Assembly: GCF_006345805.1 (NCBI RefSeq)
Contig: NC_043001.1
Span: forward strand, 36,146,001 to 36,210,000
Reading direction: 5' to 3'
Source: Octopus sinensis
Lineage: Eukaryota
DNA length: 64,000 bases
Every line of letters starts with the position of its first letter. The stretch's first letter is position 1. Below, piece by piece: positions 53,717 to 64,000 of this stretch. Made by a program: the position numbers and the translations under genes. The notes beneath the pieces were generated by a model. The model saw only the letters and a list, made by a program, of their open reading frames with translations, had not been told where the DNA came from and did no database searches.

Positions 53717-54675
53717 TTCTTCGTCGGGTACAACATCAATTTTCCGAAATCTTTGGCTACAAACACATTCCAGATCACCGAGTTTTGGTCAAGCATAATC
53801 TAGATTAAATATCAAATTTATTTATATCAAAAATGAAATACAGGTACGTGCACATTAGTATAAATGATACTGTATTTTGCAGAGTACTGAATTGGTCAAA
53901 GTACAGCGGAGGTCAAGGTCAATCTTTGGCAAGTGACTTTACGCTGCGTGCTTTAGCTTCGTTACTACGGCAACAGTCCGGATATATATTGATCATACCT
54001 CGTACAGCAAGCTCACTATCATGAATCAGTGCATTATTCTCTTGTTGGAGCTGAATGAACGCCGAGGTCGACTTTGCCTTTCATCCTTTCGGGGTCGATA
54101 AATGAAGTACCAGTTACGCACTGGGATCGATATAATCGACTTAATCCGTTTGTCTGTCCTTGTTTGTCCACTCTGTGTTTTGCCTCTTGTGTGTAGTAAA
54201 GAAATAGGTATTCCTTATGGGCCTCAATCGCCTCAGTGATTCTGTTCACTGGGTTTTCGTTGTTTGCATAGTGCGTAACTGGTACTTCATTTATCGACCC
54301 CGAAAGGATGAAAGGCAAAGTCGACCTCGGCGTTCATTCAGCTCCAACAAGAGAATAACGCGCTGATTCATGATAGTAAGCTTGCTGTACGGGGTGTGAT
54401 CAATATATATCCGGACTGTTGCCGTAGTAACGAAGCTAAAGCACGCAGCGTAAAGTCACTTGCCAAAGATTGACCTTGACCTCCGCTGTACTTTGACCAA
54501 TTCAGTACTCTGCACAATACAGTATCATTTATACTAATGTGCACGTACCTGTATTTCATTTTTTATATAAATAAATTTGATATTTAATCTAGAGTGTGCT
54601 TGACCAAAACTCGGTGATCTGGAACGTGTTTGTAGCCAAAGATTTCGGAAAATTGATGTTGTACCCGACGAAGAA
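53717..54675. repeat. ~405-bp-arm near-perfect inverted repeat with a ~150-bp spacer
   Basis: 53717-54122 mirrors 54270-54675 with only scattered substitutions. Confidence 0.95.
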
Positions 54676-55171
54676 GCATAGCGGCTTCCGGAATCTTCAC
54701 ATGAAGCTATTGTTGCCAGATATTTAAGGAAAATTAATTTGAAATATAATCTGATGTTGCTATTTGTCTTTTATCCATGGACCCCGTCTTCTTTTTATTC
54801 AAAATATCAGCATTGACCAAATGCTTGCCTGGCCTGGAGAGTTCTGTGTCATCATATAGTATACAGAAGGGTTTGTTCTGAATTCTAAGTTGTTTATTCC
54901 AACAGGATTTCCAAGAATAATGCTTCGAGAGATGTTAATTATTTGTGTCTTTTGCATATAAATCACATGATACTAGAAGATAAAGATAGAATTTTATGTT
55001 TTCTCCGTTTGGCTAATGTCATGACTATATTTTTGAACCGCATGTGTATATTTATATGTGAATGTGTATGTTTGTGTGTGTGTGTATGTGTGCGTGTGTG
55101 TGCGTGCGTGCATGCATAGTCAACCTGCATTTGCTAGAAAATAATGCGTTCAGCATATATAATATATAACT

Positions 55172-55445
55172 CAGGGTGTTCGGGTCGAATTTGGCCGTTT
55201 GTATCAAAGGAAAAGAAAATAACTCGTCGAAAATAAAAGTAATTTTAAAAATCAGAAATATCAACTAGATTGTTGTTAGGCGATAATAGTTTACTCAAAC
55301 TAGCCACCCTCAGCTTCCACTTCGGCCTCAAGACGGCTCCGGAACCTAGTGCATGCATTATTGTCCCTGGGAAGATCTTCGAACACCTCATTAGATCTTG
55401 GCCGTCAGCTCGGTCTTGGCTTTACAGGAAGAGCCGTTAGCGTCT
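55172..55445 (-). mobile_element. 3' end of a DD37D maT/Bmmar1-like element
   Basis: TIR-like cagggtgttcggg and C-terminus EVFEDLPRDNNACTRFRSRLEAEVEAEGG*FE. Confidence 0.6.
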
Positions 55446-56531
55446 TTCTCAATCGTACTATAATAATGCAGCCGTCCAGTCTAATTGTTTTGAAGGTATG
55501 ATGTTGTGGAGAAAAAAAAATTGGAGAAAAAAAAGTTACAGAGGTTTAAAAATCGAAAAAAAACTGTATATTTTTAGCTAACAGCGAGACAGAAATTTTC
55601 TGCATTTAGCGGAGCGGTGTCAACTTTAAGGTTCTACCTTGTGAAATTTATAGTTTAGCGTCTGACCTGTTCATTGTAGGTCTCTAAATAAACAGAAATA
55701 CCTAATAAAATCAATATGTATAATCTTACTGTTTCTTTTGTCTCTTCATTGATTGTTTGGTTTAATATTATTTTTTTTAATTCGTTATATTAATATATTT
55801 GTCTACATGCGTTTACTTTATGCGTATTTCAGTATTTTATGTATACATGTCGTGTATTTGTGTACATCACTAATATATAAGTGAATATAGATGTATGTAT
55901 TCATATATAAGGTTATATCTACATTTATGCATTCATATGTGTGTGTGTGTGTGTGTTAAGGGGGTGTCTGTGTCCAAAGTTCCAAAGTTGAGTAACTTTT
56001 CCATGCTTGGATTTGTAAACTACGATAAGAATAACACTGGTCAACAAAGAATTTGTCCCACAGAAAAGAACACCTGTATATTATACGTTTTTGCATGCAG
56101 AATTCAAAAATAATGTCAAATTATCTGTATCAACCACAGTTTCTCTTTTCCACGATATTCCTCTCAGTTCCTGTTACGTGGGCTAAATTTCAGTTAAGCT
56201 GTTGAAATGTGAAGCTAACGGTTTAAAAAATACTCTTAATTTGAATTGTTATGAACAGAATTAAACCTAGTGAAATCATAAATCCAGCTCTCTGAGTCAA
56301 TGAGTCCCAAAAATATATGAAATGAAAAATATGTAAAAATATTAACACAGAAAAAGGCACAGAAACATGCTAACACAAAGAAGCACAGAAAAATATGTAA
56401 TATACTAACATACAGAAAACTTAAAACAAAACACGTGAGTAAAAAGAATGTCGTGGTGTGAAGAATCAAGTGTGAAAAATCAACATTGACAAAAGCGGCA
56501 CAAACAACAGTGAACCTCAACACAGCGTGCG

Positions 56532-56577
56532 GTTGTCATGGTAACCAGCTGCTAATGCCACGTTGTTTGTTGATTGG
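56532..56577. promoter_or_regulatory. Candidate promoter module: RFX X-box plus CCAAT box
   Basis: GTTGTCATGGTAAC at 56532-56545 and ATTGG at 56573-56577, in unique sequence. Confidence 0.4.
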
Positions 56578-56773
56578 CTAAGATTACCCAAAAATTCCCA
56601 ACTTTAATTCCAAATAACATCAGATTCTTTAATTTGCGAGATAGAGTAATTGGTTGATCGATGCAGCAAAATTGAAAGCAATCTGAGCAAAATTAAGTGG
56701 AGCTCATTCTGCGAAAGAGAAAGACTAGATCCTTAGCATGCAACAACAACAACACACACACACATGCACACAT

Positions 56774-56805
<32 letters not shown>

Positions 56806-57959
56806 TTACACATACATACACTCATACACACGCACACTGGTGAAATGCCTCGGAGATATAAACTCCTTATAATTCTCCAATTTAGCGGCCACTATCCAAG
56901 ATGTCGTCTAACTCATAGTTCGCCCGCAACTCATAAGGTCCAGGACCAACAGGAAGGGACTTCTTCAGTTACGGGAGAAATGAAATATTAATAGCTTCCA
57001 ATTATCTACTAAATACTTCCTCCTCAAACCACCACCGTTATCATCACCACCATTACCAAAGCAATATTTTCCTATTAAAAAAAGAAATGTCCTCTCTTTC
57101 CTCCTTATATCTTTCTTTGAGGCATTTAGGCGGTTTGTTTCTGCTTAATCGTGGGTGAAGTTTTCTGCTATTTTCGAAATCTTCTGAATGCACCGGAAAA
57201 TAGTTGTCCTTCATTTACACCAGTTCAACCTTCTCCTCCTCTTCCTCCTTCTTGCCTCGCACCCCACCCCACCTCTCTTCCCACTGTGAGGTGACAACGC
57301 TTAGTCAGTGACCTAAATTTTGACCTCATTCACTGTCTCAGACTTTCTTTTCCAACTGATTCTCTGTACTATTTATTACTAGCAATTCTGACAAAAGTGT
57401 GTCTCGCGGCGCTGCTATTACTGTCACTGTTATTGTTCCAATTGACATTGTTGTTGCTTGTTGTTATTACTGTGGCTAGTCTTGGTTCCATTGCTGCTTT
57501 TCATGCGGTCTTTGTGTGGTATCATTGTTATCACTATTATTTTCCTTTAAAAATATTTTTGGGCGTATTTATTTTTATTCTTTAACACCAATGTAGTTCT
57601 GATTGAACAGAATTACGATGAAAGACATTCCAATCGTTACCTTCCCGGGTTTTATTCGAACAATGCATCAAAATACGTCCATTTCCTTTTAAGAGTGTGT
57701 AGAATGATTTCAGGGTAACTTGGGTGTTATTTCTAGTTTTGAAATGACTTCATAATGACTTCGTTAGTTAAGTGCTAACCATAGGGAAAGGGCTGTAAGG
57801 ACAGAAATTAATTACGAATTGTATTTAATTTCCACGGTCTTAATTGTTTAAAAATCGTCACCTCAAAGGCGGAGAAAGAGGATATATGGACAAAATATCT
57901 TTTTGTCGTGGGAGGCGATACTGGAATTTATCAGTTGAAGAATCATTATCCTTGTTGAC

Positions 57960-58127
57960 CAGGAGTGGCTGTGTGGTAAGTAGCTTGCTTACGAACCACA
58001 CGGTTCCGAGTTCAGTCCCACTGCGTGGCACCTTGGACAAGTGTCTTCTACTATAGCTTCGGGCCGACCAAAGCCTTGTGAGGGGATTTGGTAGACGGAA
58101 ACTGAAAGAAGCCCGTCGTATATACGT

Positions 58128-58218
<91 letters not shown>

Positions 58219-58425
58219 CGCTTGTGTGTCTGTATTTTTTTCCCAACATCGCTTGACAGCCGATGCTGGTGTGTTTACGTCCCCGTAACTTAGCGGTTCT
58301 GCAAAAGAGACCGATAGAATAAGTACTAGCTTTACAAAGAATAAGTCCGGGGGGGTTCGATTTGCTCGACTAAATGCGGTGCTTCAGTATGGCCACAGTC
58401 AAATGACTGAAACAAGTAAAAGAGT
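57960..58425 (+). mobile_element. SINE family A, full-length
   Basis: Complete head, (TA)n(TG)n core and tail. Confidence 0.9.
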
Positions 58426-58479
58426 AATACACAACATATTTAAACAATTTTTCATAATTCCTAACTATATAATAACGGT

Positions 58480-58690
58480 TTCAAATTTTGCCAACGAGAG
58501 TAGCAATTTGCACGGAGGGGGCGAGACGCTTACGTTGAGCCCAGTCTTCTACTGGTACTTAATTTATCGACCCCTAAAGGTTGAAAGGTAAAGTCGACCT
58601 CGGCGGAATTTGAACCCAAAACGTAGCAACGGGCGATATGCAGCTAAGCATTTCGTCCAGCGCGCTAACGATTCTGCCAGCTCGCTGCCT
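58480..58690 (-). mobile_element. SINE family B with an alternative tail
   Basis: B head and body with the tail ...ggg(g)gag...gcaaattgct...ttggcaaaatttgaaacc; similar copies at 27835, 38940, 47510 and 59812. Confidence 0.8.
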
Positions 58691-59229
58691 TACTGTCAAA
58701 AAGGATAATACCATTTTCTTAAACATTTAATGGATGTGAGGGTGTTGTCAAGTAAAAGGGGTATCACAGTGGGCCATAAGTTTAAAATGGTTGAGAACCA
58801 TAGATCTACACTAAGTAGTGGAGTAAGCGTCTGTGTGTTATACAGTTACTCGTGTGCAAGATAACCATCCATCAGAAAACTTAAACAACTAAACAAAAAT
58901 CATCCAGTAATATTTGGCAATAATCTAAATATACCGGATTATATCTGTCTGTATAAAAATATATATCAATATGTATCAAAAGGATGAAAGTTCCTTCTCG
59001 AACGCCATAGGTTCATAATGCCTTGTTTCCCGGATTCTGTATATATCATACACGTCGCCCTGTACGGGGCGCCGGTCCGTTGCAGGATAACTTATTTTTG
59101 CCATCTAAGTGGACTCGAGCAACGTGGAATGAACGTTTTGGGCTTAATGCGTCACCCGATCCAGGATTCGAAACCCAAATCTTACAGCCATGAATGTAAC
59201 ACCATAAACACTAACCTACATGACATACA

Positions 59230-59317
59230 CACACAGTAATCTACACACACACACACCACACACACACACAACACAACACAACACAACACAACACAACACA
59301 CAACACACACACAACAC

Positions 59318-59364
<47 letters not shown>

Positions 59365-59663
59365 TTATTTGTCTTTGTATGCACATATATAGAAAATGAT
59401 CTCTATCGCTATATAGTTACTGTTTTGGTCCTGAACATACGCTTGTAGGCCGGAGAAGTTGAGAAGGAGAGAGAAATCTGCTTAGGTTCCCTAGTAGTCG
59501 GATGTGGGGTGTTCCGTGGTTGAACTTGGGTGGAACTTTGTTGTTGAAATTTTGTTATTTGTTCTTATTTTATTTTTGATACACAGATTTTTTTGTAGTA
59601 ATCCCCACTCGTTCTTTGTTGTCCCTCTTTGGTTTGTGTTCGGCTCTTGTGGCGACTGCAGCA

Positions 59664-59718
<55 letters not shown>

Positions 59719-60379
59719 TGTTATTATTATTACTATTATGTTATTATTATTATTACTATTATTATTATTATTATTATTATTACTTTTATTATTATCATTA
59801 TTATTATTATTAAGGCAGTGAACTGGAAGAATTGTTATCACGCTGGGCAAAATACTCAGTGGCATTTCGTACGTCTTTATGTTCTGAGTTCAAATTTCAC
59901 CGAGGTCGACTTTGCTTTTCATCCTTTCGGGGTCGAGGAATTAAGTACCATCGAAAAACTGGGGTCGATGTAATCGACTATCTCCCTCCCCCAAAAAAGT
60001 GACTGCTCTTGTGGCAAAATTTAAAGCCATTATTATAATTTTTGAAAGCAATGAACTGCCAAAGTCCTTAGCGCTTCGTAGCATTTCTCTCGGCGTTTTA
60101 CGTTCTAAGTTCAAATGCCACAGAAATCGACTTTACCTTACACCCTTCTTACCTCGATAAACTAAAAAGAAACATTCAAGTTCTAGGGTTGGATGTTATC
60201 GACAAACTCCTCTCCTCTCAAAATTGCTGCACTCGTCCCAAACTTATGATTATTGCAATTTGTAGTGGTAGTAATAGTAGTTGTTGTAATAACAGCAGTA
60301 GTGTTGGTAGCCGTAGTGGTGGTGGTGGTTGCGGTGGTGGCGGTGGTGGTGGTGGTGGTGGTGGTGGTGGTGGTGGTGA

Positions 60380-60410
<31 letters not shown>

Positions 60411-60610
60411 GATGTTGGTGGTACATTTGCAGGGTTGGCGATGGGTGTGTTGATGCATGCGTAGATGTAATTGTTGATCAGGCGTTCTTCCACTCCAGTT
60501 CAATGACACTGCAGTATGCTGAATCCAACAGGTAATAAATAAATGTATAAATAAATAAATAAATAAATAAACCACCCTACAAACAAACAAACAAACAAAC
60601 AAACAAACAA
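59230..60610. repeat. Cluster of simple repeats: (CA)n/(ACAAC)n, (ATT)n 59664-59811, (GGT)n/(GTC)n 60260-60410, (AAAT)n/(AAAC)n
   Basis: Directly visible; interleaved with degenerate SINE B copies at 59812-60030 and 60050-60250. Confidence 0.9.
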
Positions 60611-62375
60611 ATGCTCCATATAATTATACCGATTTGTTTTCCAGCTTTACACTGACTAATGCACAAGTCTGTCAGCGTTGGTATTAGTTATATAGAATTC
60701 AACGTTTGCAATTGTACACAGTAAGACAAGCAATCATGTGGAAAATCGGGAATTTTGACATTATTTTCTGACATGGGCGTATCTAATTGCCTCCTATTTA
60801 TTTTGCCAAACCTTGCTTGAAATAACGTTGAAGACCTAACCTCTAAATTCATAGATCAGCTTATTTTTCAATCTTTCGGAGATAAGATCACGGTAGACTA
60901 TAATTTTAGGGCGGGTATTTCATTTTACTGATAATATAAAATGTCAAATGCTATTTATCATGGCAATATGTAATCAATGTGATATCTGAATGTAATTGAC
61001 AAGCAAATAACTCGGAAAGAAAGAATGATTGATGGCATATATATATAGACGCCATGTTTCATATTGCACTCACCGAATATTCTTCTGCTCTCGTTCGCAT
61101 AATAATAATAATAATAATAGTAGTTGTAAGTGTATCGGAATATATCAATATTTAGTGAGAGGAGCTGTGATAAATGGTAAGCGTGATGTCAGTGGATTAT
61201 TGGCAAAAATCGTCTGGGAAACTGTCTGGTTGTTACAATGTAAGACGAAAAAATCTATAACTGGTGGAATTGGCACTTTCGTGTCATGTTAATTTATACT
61301 ATAAGTATAAACGCAGTGTGTGATATAATCGATATAATATTAGTAATACAAGTGTAAGGTTTCCTATATTATTTATTTGTTAGTATTAATAGTAACTGTT
61401 AAACGCAACAGGTAGTGACACTATCAGAATGACAAAAATAGCAACAACAAAAAAAAAAATGATGTTATGAACCAATAGTGTAGCTTCTGCGTTGTAACTG
61501 TCTGCTAGAAATAACAGCCGAATACAGCAATTAGCAATATTTTGATATCATAACGATATACGATTTCCTTTCGACTTTATATATATTCAGCCATTCCTGA
61601 TTTAAATGTTTACTTCTCATTAAGGTGTTTTACTATAACGCTGTTTTGAACTTTAGAGGTTCCTAAATGAAGTCATGCCATCGACAGACTGAACAAGAAT
61701 GGATGTAGAAAATATAAAAGACAGCAAGACAATAGCAGTACAATAAACATTACCATGAACAACAACAATAATAATTAAGATAAAGACACCAATACAACCC
61801 GTGTCGGTTACAGCAATAACGGCCTCAAACGCAAAACATCAAAACCAACTCAACTGAAATAAAACTCAAACATAATACACCAAAACCCATTTATCCCTCA
61901 ATAAACGAAATACTTAAACCTTACAAAAATATTTTCATTCAAACTGAAAAACATTTTTATCAAATCTAAACCACAAAACAAACAAGACAACATTATATAG
62001 AATAATTAGCATAATCAAGAACAATCACAACGGTCACATGACACCAACACAATTTAATAAGAATCCCAAATCCAGAGTCTGTCCAAAAAATACCTGGTCT
62101 CCTACAACAGTACGCCAACCAACTGGTGTGACTGCAATGTTGTTTATGAGTGACTGTGATCACCCTAATAAAAGTTACTGCACAACATGTCATGCTAGAG
62201 ACAACGTATTTTTAGTGCATCTGGGGATTTGTTGTAGGTTGAACGATGTAGAACTTGGAAGGACAAGTGTTTGTGTGGAATTCCATTTCAAATTTGGGAA
62301 AAGAAAACTTTTGTAGAGACGAATTTAATGTTGTAGCAAAGCCCCCGGGGAATATTTTTGTGCTATACACAATGT

Positions 62376-62513
62376 GCTTGCTTACCAGCCACATGATTCT
62401 GGGTTCAGTCCCACTGCGTGGCACCTCTGGCGAGTGTCATCTATTATAGCCTCGGACCGACCAAAACCTTGTGTGTGGATTTGGTAGACGGAATCTAAAA
62501 GAAGCCTGTCGTT

Positions 62514-62554
<41 letters not shown>

Positions 62555-62770
62555 TGTGTTGTGTGTGTGTTTGTGTGTCTATGTTTGTCGCCCCAACATC
62601 GCTTGACGATAGATGCTGGTGTGTTTATGTCCCCATAACGTAGCGGTTCGGAGAAAGAGACCGATAGAATAAGTACTAGGCTTACAAAGAATAAGTCCTG
62701 GGATTGATTTGCTCAACTAAAGACGGTGCTCCAGCATGGCCACAGTCAAATGACTGAAACAAATAAAAGA
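62376..62770 (+). mobile_element. SINE family A
   Basis: Head slightly truncated; the rest matches the family. Confidence 0.9.
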
Positions 62771-62829
62771 ATGAGTGGTATCAACGTTTCACATTTGCAA
62801 GAACATCTACCGAGATGATCCTCAATCGA

Positions 62830-63670
62830 GACGAATTTCCCCAACAATAGACAACAAACAGATTTGCAAAAGAACTTGCTTTGATCCCTGAAAATCGTCT
62901 GACTTTAACTGAAATATTAAGCATTTGTAGAACTTCGTACTGCGTAATTTTAAAAGAAAATTGAAGACGTATCTTATCGTAAAATTTGTTCCGTGTCTGC
63001 TAGTTAATAAACAAAAAGAGAACCGAGACACAAACACGAGTTGTTTGAGCATTCGAATATTGAAGAACATTTTCTGAAAAGGGTCGTAATCTCTCTCTAT
63101 ATATATAAAGCTGAAGTTGTCTGTATATGGCAGGTTTGGTAGCCTTTAACTAACACTATCTCCTCCGAGACCCTGTGGCGCAAGTTGACCAAATTTAAAA
63201 GTATGATAGAAGAAGGCTTGCTCTTCCTTCAGTAGCAGAAAAAATTCAAATCGGACCATGTTAACACCAAAAATTATTTACCTCAAAAAGGTGCTCTTTT
63301 TCTGTGAATATCCCTATCTTTTACGATTTTTTGACTGCTGTGTCACCATTTTTCGGTGTATTTCAACCAGAAAAATGTTCACTTAAAGAGAATAACAAGC
63401 TACATAATGCAAAATTTTTACTTTTCAAAAATTCTGATTCTAAAGGGTCGAAAAAAACCCGAGCAATGCCGGACGATACTGCTAGTAAGTGATGAAACGT
63501 GGGTATACGTCAAGCACGTCGAAACAAAAAGGCAATTGTCGCCGCAACCGGAAAACTTAACTCATTGGACTTCAAATGTAAAGGTAGTATTGGTTGTTAT
63601 TATTGATTAGCAGGCTATCATTCATCATGAGGTTGTTGCATGTGGTCAAAGGAGGAATAAAGAATTTCTG
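62830..63670 (+). mobile_element. Decayed mariner transposase fragment split by a Helitron
   Basis: IVKFVPCLLVNKQKENR and EEHFLKRVV|ISDETWVY...SNVKVVLVVIID*QAIIHHE. Confidence 0.75.
63090..63485 (+). mobile_element. Non-autonomous Helitron
   Basis: Starts TCtctctctatatatataaag and ends cccgagcaatgccggacgatactgCTAG; A (63089) | T (63486) target with no TSD. Confidence 0.85.
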
Positions 63671-64000
63671 TTGCTTTTGTTTTTGTTATTTTGTATGTTT
63701 TTTCTTTTGCTTTTTTCTCCGAGTCTTTTGAGAGAGGGTGTATGAAAGAAAACATCCGGGGTAAAGACAAACAAACCTTGGTATTACATCATGGTAATAC
63801 ACAAAACTTACATTCAGTCTGATATGTATATGCTATCACACTCACATAACACTAATATTCTCCAGATATATTCTCCAGAAATTTCCACCAAGTGACTTCA
63901 AACATATTTAAAATCTCTTAGAAACCTGGTTGTACAGCATCGAACTCAAAGTAGAGCATCCTAAATACACCGTCTCCTTCCCTGGCTTTAATGTAAACAT

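Noticed and set aside
59504-59973. Poly-Tyr/Leu/Ile 'membrane protein' ORFs
   Set aside because: Translations of the (ATT)n microsatellite.
60315-60380. G-quadruplex potential in (GGT)n
   Set aside because: Only two-tier G tracts in an ordinary microsatellite, with no contextual evidence of function.
60183-60602. Thr-rich mucin-like ORF and overlapping Gly/Arg- and Val-rich ORFs
   Set aside because: Explained by (GGT)n, (GTC)n and (GTA)n tracts that are open in several frames at once.

Overview
AT-rich, repeat-dominated animal genomic DNA. I infer a coleoid cephalopod, most likely Octopus, from the SINE families and the extreme microsatellite load. I see no intact host protein-coding gene, rRNA, true tRNA or CRISPR array; nearly every ORF in the supplied track is a microsatellite, SINE or transposon read-through. 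The window is a layered transposon graveyard. It holds dozens of tRNA-derived SINEs from about four modular families, decayed Tc1/mariner elements (DD41D rosa-type, DD34D mariner-type and DD37D maT-type), MITEs, a hAT element with an 8-bp TSD, three non-autonomous Helitrons plus a RepHel fossil, an L1/Tx1-like 3' end, and two Penelope-like element (PLE) remnants. The most interesting signal is a dense set of minimal hammerhead-ribozyme (HHR) motifs. They include a short repeat family whose three copies all carry a non-canonical CUGU-N-GA core, and an HHR inside the inverted pseudo-LTR of a PLE. Also notable are SINE multimers enclosed by single TSDs with a recurrent junction, a SINE/LINE shared 3' tail, several long inverted or permuted repeats, and candidate RFX X-box promoter elements. 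All alignments and translations were done by eye; no database search was run.
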